In this document: in pieces, positions 1-11,005 of the stretch
Position numbering within the stretch: the stretch's first letter is position 1
Layout: each line of letters opens with the position of its first letter
Assembly (NCBI GenBank): GCA_965112735.1
Contig: OZ218963.1
Span: 1,054,001 to 1,118,000, forward strand
From: Phaeosaccion multiseriatum
Taxonomy: Eukaryota; Protista; Ochrophyta, other classes
Reading direction: 5' to 3'
DNA length: 64,000 bases
Made by a program: the position numbers and the translations under genes
The notes under the pieces: model-generated
The model's input: the letters and a program-made list of their open reading frames with translations, nothing else
Told to the model about the DNA's origin: nothing
Database searches by the model: none

Positions 1-654
1 GTGCTCCAAATGCTTGGCCATTCTAGAGGTAGGCAGCAGCACGCCACACGCGTTGGTGCAGTCAGTGGTATTCTCCTCCTCGAGCTGCTCGACTGCTGCC
101 GTCATGGGCCCTCTGGGAGGGGGGCGGCGACTTTGACGCAGCCTGGTCGGTGTCTTTCGCCCGTCCTGTTCGCTTCGCTTCATGATTGAGGACAGGAGCG
201 CCGCCTTCTCCGTGTCCGCCTGTCGCAACTCGGCGTGCAGAAGCTGGAGCTGATCCTCCCACGCCAACCCCTCCTCCTCCGCCTGCTGCTGCTGCTGCTC
301 CTCCTCCTCCTGCTCTTGCGGTGCCGCAGGGGCGGGCACGGAGAGCAGGGCTGGCACGAGACTCAGCGTCGGTGCTGGCGGTGCCGCCGAAAGTGAGGGG
401 GCCGAGCCCGAGGCCGGCGAGAGTCGGTGGTTGTGCTGGCGCATGACATACGGCCAAAGCCGAATGTGGCCACTCCTGTGAAGTTCATCAGTATGCTCCG
501 AAAACGTTCTGCTCTTGCCCCTCTGCCGATCCAGAATTGTGGTGAAAGAGCTCAACTCCCGAGTGCGAAGGAGCTCTTCGCCTTCGCTCTCGCTGCTGCT
601 GCTCCTTGGGCTTCTGCTTCCATCCTCTCCCTCCCCGTCCAGTCCCATCGCCAT
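1..654 (-). CDS. 5' part of a protein with a TRAF-type zinc-finger-like motif; runs off the window start
   Basis: Stop-free frame from ATG 654 to base 1 (not in the ORF track): MAMGLDGEGEDG...LAWEDQLQLLHAELRQADTEKAALL...DCTNACGVLLPTSRMAKHLEH. The C-x-N-x-C-x11-H pattern resembles zf-TRAF. Confidence 0.55.
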   Translation of the reverse strand, partial: MAMGLDGEGEDGSRSPRSSSSESEGEELLRTRELSSFTTILDRQRGKSRTFSEHTDELHRSGHIRLWPYVMRQHNHRLSPASGSAPSLSAAPPAPTLSLVPALLSVPAPAAPQEQEEEEQQQQQAEEEGLAWEDQLQLLHAELRQADTEKAALLSSIMKRSEQDGRKTPTRLRQSRRPPPRGPMTAAVEQLEEENTTDCTNACGVLLPTSRMAKHLEH

Positions 655-813
655 TGGGACGAGAGGGGGAAGGGCAGAAGTCTCACCACCTAGCAAACTA
701 TGCCATCAGAGAGGTGGTGAGTGATCATTTCACCGTTTCGGATTTCGAAAGGTGCGGATGGCATCCGATGGTGCACATCAAAGCACGGAGAATCTTCAAA
801 AACAAAAACAACA

Positions 814-858
814 ATGAGCGCGCGAAGGCCGACATTGAGAAGGAGGAGGCCCGGGCAA

Positions 859-889
<31 letters not shown>

Positions 890-1975
890 CGGCCAGCGCT
901 GGCTTTCTCTGCTCTGCAGCTGCTGCCGCCTCTCAACATCAACACCATCGGTACCTCATGAGGCCAGCGTTTGCCACTCACAGCTGCGCAAGTATGCGTC
1001 CAGCACCGCGTCTGCGAAACCCCCGAATGAGGGCGGGCTCCTCTTCGACAGACACCAATTCCCCAGAAGCGCCGGGAGCAGGAGGGGAAGTCGTTGTAGA
1101 CGATGAAGCGGAGGGGCAGACGTACGCCGAGAGACAGCAGGCGATTTTCAAGCTCATCCGGGAAGGGAATGCTGCGGGTGGGAGTCTCTCCTGGATGGAT
1201 CCAAGCCAGGTCACGGCCGGCCTCCCCAGGACTAGGGCAAAGAGGCCGGCGAGGTCTGGCAACGCGGCGGCTGGTGTCCCGCTGACCGACAAGGACAGAG
1301 AGGACATGGCCATGCGGGCGCAGCTGGTGAGTCGGCCCGATTGCTTTCTCCCTGTCTTAAGCTTGTGTTGCTGAGACTCATGCTCCGCTGCTTTTTGTTT
1401 TGTCTTCTCTTTCAGCGCCAAGACAAGGTCGCGGCAAGCTACAGGAAGAGGCAGCTGCGCCTTGTCGGCGACCACGTGTTCCTGTCCCTGCTCGGAGTGG
1501 GCGCGTGCTGGGGCTTCTTCTCCGTCACAGCGGCGCAGAGGTGAGTGAGCTTGGGACAGGCACGCGAGCAACCCCCCGTCCCCTGGTGTGTTGGGTGCTA
1601 ACAGTGTTGTTACGTATCCCTCGCTGGTGCTGTGCAGCTACGCGCTGGGAGCCTTCTTCGCTACTCTGTACTTGTACCTTCTGAGCCGATACGTGGAGAC
1701 CCTGGGCAAGGAGGGCGGCGGCGGTGGCGGGGGAAGCTCTCGGCTTGTTCTCTCGGGAGCTCTGATTTGGATCTGCGGCAAGAACCCAAACTTCAGTGTG
1801 GCGCCAGCGGTCCTAGGTGGGTAGTGGTCGAGTGCACTTTTCTTGTGAATCCTCTTATCTCACTCGTTGCCCCCCCCGCTTTATGGATGTACACATGCAC
1901 ACACCAGGCTTCTTTTCTTATCAGGTCGCCACTCTGCTTCAGGCGCTGTACTATGACGCAGATGACAGTGACTAA
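814..1975 (+). CDS. ATP synthase protein I / CGL160-like plastid ATP synthase assembly factor (4 exons)
   Basis: GT-AG introns ~1327-1415, 1541-1638, 1817-1907. Spliced C-terminus YRKRQLRLVGDHVFLSLLGVGACWGFFSVTAAQSYALGAFFATLYLYLLSRYVETLGK..SSRLVLSGALIW..APAVLGFFSYQVATLLQ matches the four-helix Atp1/CGL160 pattern; long N-terminal extension. Confidence 0.8.
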
Positions 1976-2001
1976 CAACTCCTCGGTTCAGCTCAGCTCC
2001 A

Positions 2002-5000
2002 TCACGGGAGCAGCGTTTCCTCCTGCTCTTGTATGGTCTTCTTTACCGCGGCCAATAGCAGCGGCGCTTGGACGGCGTTGTCGCACGCTACAGACAGCGA
2101 AGCCTTGCCACCTGTCGCCGGCACGAGTCTGACAAGGACCTTGTCGTTGCCCTGCGTCCCTGTGAGTGTACGACCGCTGAACTGCAGAGCATCGTCCTCT
2201 GCCGCCTCTCCGTCTCCCTGGCCCTGGACGACGGGCGACACGTTCATGGCCATGACCACTCTAGCCGCAAGGCTTGGCCGAAGCTTGGGGAGGGCCGCCG
2301 GTAGTGCCACTTGGCTCGTGGCCTCGTTCAGGCTTCCGCTCAGTGCTTGCCACTCGGCCGCAAACTCCGTGGCGCTCATGATAACCGGCCAAACCAGCTC
2401 CTGTGCGGCCGACAGGGGGGGGGGGGGGGGTCGGGTGGGGGATGCCCGGGCGGCCAATGAATACTCTAACTTAGTACATCAATCATCGTACATGTTGTTG
2501 TCGGCCTCTTGCCCCCCCTCTCCCTAAGCGCGCTTACCTCGGCGGTGCATGTGATTGTCACCATGTTGCTGCCTTTGTCACTTTTAATCTCAAAGCGCAC
2601 TTCCTTGTTGCTGCGTCCACCGAAGTCTACTCTCATTTCGACGACTTTGCTCTCACCAGCAGCCAGGCTTGACACTTCGCCAAAGCCTTGCACTGGAGTC
2701 CCGTCTCGCGGAGGGACCATCTTGATGCGCCGAATGGCGACGTCTCGCGCATTTCGCAGAGTCAGGCGGAGCCCGAGTTCCGTCCCTACCCGAGCATAAG
2801 CCCCTCTTTGGAAAGCAAAGGTCACTTCTAAGCCCCGTCCCATCTCGTGCTTGAGCAGAGTCGCCGGCCGGGATAGGGATAGGGTCGGCATCTCCTGCAC
2901 CTTCGCGCCGTGTGCGCCGTGCGGCTGGCCCACATTCCCGCTTCTGCCGCTGCTGCTGCTGCTGCTGCTGCCAACACGCGGGATGACATGTCGTGCCAGC
3001 GGTACCGAGGGGGGCGGGGCTGCCCCGTAGTCGAGGGCGGGAGCCAGAGCACTCATGTCAAGCAAGCTCTGCCCTTCTTCTCCATCCTCAGCTTCACTCC
3101 CTTGCTCGGATCCGCCATCGCTGCTGCTACTACTACTGCTGCTACTACTGCTCCTGCTTCTGCTGCTACTTGACCTCTCACTCTCACTCTCGCTCTCGCT
3201 TTCACTCCGCTCACTACTGGCGTCGTCGCTGCTGCTACCACTGTCGCTACTTCCCGAGGACTCATCTGAGCTGCCGCTACTGCTGCTACTACTGCCGCCG
3301 CTGCTGCTGCTGGACTCTAAAAAGTCCTCATCGTCTTCGGAAACGCCTCCCCTGGCTTGTGCCCCTCCATGTGCCCCTCCATGTCCAGCGGGAGGGGCCT
3401 CGTGGGGAGGGTCTCGGATGCTTGAACTCGTCCCCTTTGTCGCCCACTTGGGCAGCTCCAGGTACCCACTGAAAGAACAGTAACAATCACGCAAAATTAG
3501 ATTCAAGCGCGCGGGAAGGGGCCAAGAGGGACGTGGTCCTCACTCTCACCTGACGCGGAAGCCCACCAGCGCGGACAAGCTTCCCACGGAGAAAGTGGGC
3601 AAGCTTCCACCGTCCTCCTGGAGCTGCTGCAGATACGCACCCATGTCTGCCACTGGCATGGGCTTGCCAGGCAGAAGGATACCCTGCGCCATACTCCTCA
3701 AGGCCACTAGCAAGTTCTCGTCCACACCGTCTTCGCTGGTGGTGAGCCCCAGCAGCGCTGTGAGAAACCTGCCTCTGTCTCGAATATCGGGCTCCAGGTC
3801 GAAGCGCGCCAGTTCCATGACATAGGCAGCAAGATTCTGGACAGTATCCTGCTCGGGGCAGCGCAAAGCGAGCTTGACCGCATACGTCAATATCTGAGGA
3901 GGGAGAGGGACAAGTCGCGTATTAATTAGGTTGTGGGATGTACGAGTAGAGATTCTGCCCCGAGCCATGCTCATACATACATACATACATACATACATAC
4001 ATACATACATACATACATACATACATACCTGCACTTTCACTTCGTACTCTTGGCTCTGAAAGGCGGTGGCCAGCAGTCTCAGTACGTCGGCAGCAATATC
4101 TGCAATGGGTGCGTAAAACTCGCCCGCGATCCAAACGAGAGTGGACACCGCACTCGGTTGCGTCAGCAAAGGTCTCCTCCGCCCGCCTGCTGGGGCTTCT
4201 CCCGCTTTCTCCAACCCGTCCTCTTCCTCGCCTGCCCCTTCACCCTTGAGGAACTGGACAAGTAAGCCCACTAATCGCCTCACGACGTCATTGGGCGTCG
4301 TCTGAAGGCCGGGGAGCTGCTGCAGGAGTTGCCGAATTACCACCACCGCGCCACTCACCACCACATCGCTTTGACTGGCGCACACCAGCGTCAATAGCCC
4401 ACTCAAGCACTGCTCCGTTACCTGCATCAGTACATCAACAGCACGAAGGCCAGTCAGCCGTCTGGCCCTCACTTAACTCACTCACGCTCTCGATTACTTA
4501 CGCCCTCAGTCACTGAGTCATTCGCTCAGGCTCTTAGTCGCTCCCTCAGGCTCTGAGCCACTAACTTCCTTCCTCACTGACCCCTTCACTGTCCCCTCCC
4601 TGCCTCTCTCCGTCACTCCCTCACTTCCTCTTTCACTCACTTCCTGCCTCACTCGCTAACTCCATCACTCCCTCACCAAAATCATTCACCCCCTCAACTC
4701 AATCCCTCCCGCACTCAATTCCCTCACTCACTCACTCACCTCCGGCAGGCCCTCTGCGACGGCCACCCTCCCCACGGCCTTGACGGCGTTCCCCACGAAG
4801 CCCTTGTCGCTATGGCGCATGTACCCTTGCAGCTCCAACAACACCTGACCCGCATTCTCTCGGCTCACGAGGCAGGTCATCACCTCAAGCTTCAAATTGG
4901 CTACAAACGCGGGGTCGGACGCCTGATGGGGCGAGGCAGAGCACAAGGGGAGAAGGAAGCATTTCGATGTGTTGGAGAGAGTCCAACCCTCCACTTGCAG

Positions 5001-6768
5001 AGAGCCCTCCTCGCGTGCGAACCAACCTTGACGAAGAACTCCTTGAGGAATGGGCGGAAGGTCTCCTTCTCCTCCTGAGCGATGCGGTGAATGGCGTGCA
5101 ACACCACAAACTGGATCTCGCGGTTGTTGCGCAGAATACGGACCATCGCCTTTCAATGCATGGGTCAAGGGCAGAGTAGCTACACAGTTAGGAGGAGGTG
5201 CTCTTATCTTCCCCATAAGCACAAGCTCGCCACCTCTTCCCCGTACCTTGGCCAGAGTGGTCTGTGCCGCTCCGCCTGCCGCACCGCTTGTGCCGCAGTG
5301 AAAGTGCAGTGTACACACGGCAAGTACCACCCCTGCGTTTCTAGACTTGAGCAATGGCATGGACGAGCGCAATAGCAGACGGTGGTCAGGGTCCACGTTC
5401 GCCCCAATATCCTCATCATCGGCCATGGTACTGAATCGGCTTCCGAAGTGGCTGCCGTTTGCGTCGGGCGGTGCGCCCCTCCGTTCGGAAGGAGCCGAGC
5501 TGGGTACTTCCTCTTCGGTGGACTCATCCTCCTCGTCCGAATAAAAGGCCCTCCGGACCACGCGCTTCTTTGTCTTGCCTCTGGGCGGGGGTGGGCCGTT
5601 CCTCCCACCTTCCCCCTCCCCGTCCACGGCCCCACTTTGCTGCTGCTGCTGCTGCTGCTGCTGTTGGGCCGCTTTGAGAACGCCGCTGGCCATTGCTGCT
5701 TTCGACGCTGTGAGCTTCGGACAAGGGTCTGTGAACTGCGCACGCGCGTAGCTGGTAAGTACACGCAGAATGATCATCTGCCCCCATTCGTCCACGTCTG
5801 CGAGCAGGTGACACAACTTGCGGAAGGCCGGGTGCAGCACTTCCCAGTGAGTTGGGCAGACTTCGGCATACGACGCGACTGCCGAGCCCAGGACCATGGT
5901 GGAGCCGTCCTGTTGGAAGACACATTTGGGAGGGGGTCATGTAAGCGGTCAGTCTTTGGCGCGGAGGCGCTGTCCCGCCCACAGAGGCGCTCACCTTGAG
6001 TAGCTTTTCTAGCATCGAAATGAGCTGCAGTTTCTGATCTGGATCCAGGGCGTAGATCTTTGGTACAGCATTGGCAGCACATTTGCGGACGTAGGGCGAA
6101 CTGTCACTCGCACACTTTCGCACCGCGAGCAGCTGAGGGGCAGGGGCAGGGGCACGCGAGAGTTACGTACGCGGCGGTACCAAAACTATATCATCTCCTA
6201 CTGTACTGTACCTGGATCTGTATAATGTCAGGCACACGAATGCTGGTCATGACCCGGAGAGCCAGTGCTCGGATGAGCTGGTTGCTCGCAGCCAGGTCTT
6301 TCTGGAAAGAATTGACGGACAACAACGCCAGCTCGCGGCAGGTCGCGTCTGCATCGGCGTAGTGCACTGTACACACGAGAGCGACCAAGAAGAACCAAAA
6401 GCGAATCAGTCAATCTGGCGACACACGGTCCACTTCCTCCGCTTTGACTCACCGAGGTAGTTGTAGACCATCTTCTTGACCTCTACGCTGCGCACCACCA
6501 CATTCTTTACCACGTCCGCGAAGAACTCGCTCACGTCTTTCCCCTTGCTGAGCATCGCCAAGAGCCACTTCATACCCTTTAGCTTGTCCGCTTCCTTCGG
6601 ACGAGCCAGGTACTCCTTCACCTGTACCCCCCCACATTTCGACAGAGATCCAATGAGAAGACAAACCACGAGGGACAAGGGTTGCTCCAAAGTACTAACC
6701 TTCGCGGGGTGGAGACTCTCCTCGAAGAAGTGGGCCTCTCCTCCTTGCAAGGCCGTCATTTGCGCCAT
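2002..6768 (-). CDS. AP3B: AP-3 complex subunit beta (about 11 exons)
   Basis: Adaptin N-terminal motifs [119 protein letters not shown]; Ser/acidic hinge and ear domain. GT-AG introns join in frame. Confidence 0.93.
3972..4028 (-). repeat. (GTAT)n microsatellite starting at an AP3B 5' splice site
   Basis: CAG|GTATGTATGTAT... on the minus strand, about 14 units. Confidence 0.95.
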
Positions 6769-6901
6769 CGCATCTCCGTTCTCCTTAGCCGATTTTCCTT
6801 CCCGGACTCGAATCCGCAGCGAATCACAGTTGGTTCGAGCTTAACCGCCATCAGGGGGATTAGATCGGTGTCGCGAATGGGGGGGGCATAGTGGGAGAGA
6901 T

Positions 6902-8639
6902 ATGCGCTTCGCTACCCTCTTCGTCCTCTTCCTTGGTATCGCCCGGGCGACGGGCCAATGGACCAGTCAAGCAGACAAGTACGAAGAGTACATGGTGAGC
7001 CAGGAAGTGGTGCTTGACGAGGAGCTCAAGAGTGGGGACTACGTGGAGGACTTCTTCTATCCAGCCCGCTCCTACGAAGATGTGGACGTGTACAGCTACG
7101 ACTTCCCTCCGAGCAGCGACTACGCGATTGGGCTCATTGTGGACCCTTGCCTTGGCGGGGAGTACGACTGCTGCAATGGGGTCTACGGTGCGCCGGAGTA
7201 CGCAATCCTGACGGACCATGACGACTTGGACTTCAGGCTTGAAGAGAAGACGTACTACGCGGACGCCGGGGAGATCCTAGCCAATGTGCTGCTCGTGGGG
7301 GAGGATGGGAGTGCGATCGACGCGGACCAGAGCAGACTCGCAGACGACGAGATTGTCATTGACGAGTCGTGTGTGGCGGAGGGCAACCCCCACAGCTACT
7401 GCGTGGGTGCGCGGGAGGCCAACGTGCGCTCGTCGCATCTGGCGCCGTGCATGGACAACAACCAGACGGTAGACTCCACGGCGGGCTGCTATGACGTTGA
7501 GGGGAACGCCCTGGAGTACTGTACAGCCGTCGCGTACTCCCAGACCGCTCTGAGTGTCGTGTGCGGGGGAGACTACGCGGATGATGAACATTGCGGAACG
7601 TTCATCGAAGTGCACATGGCGAATGCAAATGACTATCTAGCGGTAAGAGCTGCAGGCTTGGATGGATGCATTTGGTTTGCTCCATGCTTAGCTGGTGGGA
7701 CAACAAGCCAACAAGCTTGTTGGCCCCTCCCCTATTTAGAGTATGGTGCTCAACTGTCATGTGTTTCGCTGCTACTGTTCTCGTCTCTCTCTCTTTCAGG
7801 TGGAGGACATTATATCTGAAACCAAAATAACCACAACCAACACCACGGGATACACTACAACGACAGTAGATCTGACCTGGCAGAACGACTCCAACAAGGT
7901 GCTGTGCGCACTCGAGTACTCTTCGATTCTTCTCGACAATATGGTTCTCATTGCAGAAGACGCACCGTCCTGCTGCTGTCCTGCCAAGTATAGCCAGGGC
8001 ACCAGCCTCGGTTCCTTCGTGTGTCCCTTGATTGACGACGACGAAGGCCCTTTTGCCGTGACGCCCGAGGACATAGACGGCAAGTTTGCGCATGAGGCCG
8101 AGCTAAAAGAGTACCCCTTCTGCCCTGGGGACCTGGACGTGAATGAGGATAAGGTCATGGTGAGCGACTACTCCTCCGCCTGGAACCGGTCCTACACGAG
8201 AGAAGCAGATACCGTACGCTGGGACAATGACACCAAGGAATACAGCAGCAACGATTTGGAGGGGGGCTACGAGGACGTGTGCGGCTATTTTGATGCTTGC
8301 GGAGCCATGGAGACGTCCGGCAGCTGCACGGGGAATGATGTGGAATACTCCTTTGCGGGGTACAAGGGGAAGGTCACGTTTGTGCCCAGCGACTTGGACG
8401 AGGGGCAGTACGGAGTGACCTTTAACGACGGGCGGACGAGCTACTACTTCAACGATGAGCATGTGCAGCTGGAGTTTGACCACAACTTTGAGCTGTGGTG
8501 GGTACAGAGGACGAGGTATAACTTCATTGTGCAGCGCAGAAAGGCCTTTGCAGTGGCCAGCCCTACGTGCACCTTCGACGATACCAACAACAGATACTTT
8601 CCCTATGCCATCTTGTCGGACGGCGAACCGCTGGCGTGA
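6902..8639 (+). CDS. Secreted acidic cysteine-rich protein of unknown function (526 aa, 2 exons)
   Basis: Signal peptide MRFATLFVLFLGIARATG; exons 6902-7642 and 7800-8639 join in phase 0; many Cys (DPCLGGEYDCC, CGTFIEVH, SCCCP), C-terminal ELWWVQRT...CTFDDTNNRYFPYA. Confidence 0.85.
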
Positions 8640-9240
8640 TTGATCCTCTGTGGGGGGACTTGAAACTTGATGATGGGGAAGGATGTATCCGCGCAAACGC
8701 GACGGCATGAGGAGGGCCTTCCACCTTGCGGTTGGCGGATGTGCGCCGAGTTTCGAGACCCAAAGGATTCCTCTCCTCTCCGCACTTGCACTGACTGAGA
8801 GATGACACGCAGGTGGCTGGCACTGGCGACACTGACTTGACTCTGGGGACACGTCGGCGTGGGGACGTCAGGCATGGCGACAGGTTGCCCTACAAGAGCG
8901 TCAAGCGGTGGTGGTAAGGGAGGACAAGGAGGGCGGCAGCGCAGTGAGCACGAGCACCAGAAATCAGTCCACGGCGAGGGCGAGGGCGAGCGTCTTTCGC
9001 CACACCTCGCGCAGCGGCCCGTTCGGTCTACTTTCTTCTGTTGCCGACCCTTTTCTGTGACTCTCCGAGACATGGTCTTCTCTCCCGGAGCAGGGAACAG
9101 GTGGCTCGGCTCCCTCCCTTGTTGCCTCCGCGGCCAAAGCGCTCGCTCGCCCGCTACTGCGCCTGGTGCAGAGAAAGAGAGCGGTATCTACAATACCGAA
9201 TTGTAACTAGATATATATCATACATTGTACAAGAGAGCGC

Positions 9241-9967
9241 TTATTCTTGTATTGGACCTGCTGGTGCCCCTGCGTGAATTTTGGTACTAAAGATCCTAAT
9301 CTCCTGGTTCGGCCTGTCTTCAGCGTCTGTGCCGGTCATGCCCATCCTCTTTACGACACTCATCCCGTCAGACACTCGCCCAAAGATGGAGTGTTTCCCA
9401 TCCAACCAAGGCGCCGGCGCCAGCGTAACGAAGAATTGACTTCCGTTGGTGTTGGGGCCCGTGTTGGCCATGGACAGGACCCCGGCACCCACGTGCTTGA
9501 GACTGGTGCGGGAAGAGGGGGATGGGGAAACACATATGTCAGAAACACGCCCCTCTCTTCTTTCCAAACACGCTTCTTTGCACGGCACAGCACGAAGCAG
9601 GAAGTCTGCCCACACCCACCTGCTGGATATCTCGTCTTGGAACTTTCCACCCCACACGCTCTCCCCGCCCCGCCCAGTGCCCGAGGGATCCCCCCCCTGT
9701 ATCATAAAATCTTTCACGACCCTGTGGAAAATGGTGCTGTTGTAGTAGCCTCTCTCTGCCAGTCCTGCAAAGTTTAAGCAAGTGTTTGGGGCGTGGTTGT
9801 AGTACAGCTCGACCGTAAAGGAGCCCTGGCGGAGAGAAAGAGAGGGGGCGGAGCAGATCGCACGAGAGACGTTGTCAGGCAACCCCTCCATCCACAGTTA
9901 TTCGCTTCGCACATCAGTTCCTCACCATCGAAGTCTCAAAGGAGACATGGGTCGCCTGGGCAGCCAT
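9241..9967 (-). CDS. PPIL1: Cyclophilin-type peptidyl-prolyl isomerase, PPIL1-like (3 exons)
   Basis: MAAQATHVSFETSM|GSFTVELYYNHAPNTCLNF...GYYNSTIFHRVVKDFMIQGGDPSGTGRGGESVWG...LKHVGAGVLSMANTGPNTNGSQFFVTLAPAPWLDGKHSIFGRV. Confidence 0.92.
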
Positions 9968-10195
9968 TTTGTCGGGTCTGCGACAGTGGCGCTACGCCGC
10001 CTTCGGAGACTAATATATTACACCCTTAAGTGCCATCTATGGTTGTCTAAAAGTAATGCCTTCGGAGATATCTGGATGGATGACCAACACGCGCAGGGGC
10101 TGTTTCTTGCTTCCTCGCCCCTCCAAATCGACGAGCTCCTCCGCCCCCTTAAGGGGAGATTGCGCCAAGTTAGCTCCACTCCCCTAGAGCACAGT

Positions 10196-10789
10196 ATGGA
10201 CGGCTCTTCAGTGCCTCACGTACAGGAGGTGGAAGAGAATCTGTTGAGGCAGGTTGGGAGCTTCTTCCGAAAGTGAGTCGCCGAAATCTCTCCCCCTACA
10301 GGTTTTACCAATGCCACCCCCCCATTCCTCACTCTGACACACTTCCTCCCCTCCGCGCCTTGCAGTTTTGGCTGGACGATTGTGTTTTTGCTCATCGTCT
10401 GGTATAATGTCAAGGAACATGTGTACGCCGCGCTTGCAGAGAGAAAGCGGGCATCCTCTCTACGAGAGGCCAATGACCCGTCGAGGACTCGTCTTCTGGA
10501 CTCGGAGAGGACGCGCGCGCGGGCTCTCCAGCAGGCGAGACTGCTCGAGGAGGCGAAAGAAAGGCAGGCAGAGGAGGCTGCCAAGGCTCTGGAAAGGAGA
10601 AGGACTGCGGCCGAGGGCAAAGGGGATGATCCGCCCAAGCCCAAGCCAAAGCCAAAGCCAAAGCCGAAGAAGAGGTTAACAATGAGCTCCGAGGGTGGCA
10701 ACCCTCTCATGGGCGGGGGAGGCATTGGCGGCTACAGGCCGTCTAATGCGCGGCGTATGGGAGGAGGAGGAGGAGGGTGACGGCGGTAG
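10196..10789 (+). CDS. SELENOS: Selenoprotein S (SelS/VIMP)-like ER membrane protein; TGA 10778-10780 probably read as Sec, true stop TAG 10787-10789
   Basis: Exons 10196-10272 and 10366-10789. Single TM FFRNFGWTIVFLLIVWYNV, coiled coil (RARALQQARLLEEAKERQ), Lys/Pro stretch, tail NPLMGGGGIGGYRPSNARRMGGGGGG-TGA-CGG-CGG-TAG, matching the SelS/SelK architecture with Sec near the C-terminus. Confidence 0.85.
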
Positions 10790-10803
10790 AGCTGGGAGAC
10801 TGG

Positions 10804-10910
10804 CCGCTGGGAGCACATGGGTGGAGCGAAGGATGTTGCAGGGGGACATGTTCGAAACCCCCTGCGATTGAACAGACTACCACCATGGAAAGGTGTTCTC
10901 ACGAGCGCGG
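10804..10910 (+). promoter_or_regulatory. SECIS-like hairpin with non-canonical AGGA core
   Basis: Core A-GGAU (10830-10834) opposite UGAA (10869-10872); 11-bp helix II GUUGCAGGGGG/CCCCCUGCGAU; 12-nt loop ACAUGUUCGAAA; lower helices CAUGG(G)UGG/CCACCAUG and GGGAGCAC/GUGUUCUC. Confidence 0.65.
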
Positions 10911-11005
10911 TTATGAACTTGTAAAAAAGAGTGTATTACGTATACCCGGCCCCCCTCTCTACAGTGTTTACCCCTCGGAGGCAACCAAACGCCCCCCCAC
11001 CCCCA

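Noticed and set aside
8665-8800. TGATGA...CTGA as a possible C/D snoRNA downstream of the secreted-protein gene
   Set aside because: No terminal stem or identifiable rRNA guide; such short motifs occur by chance.
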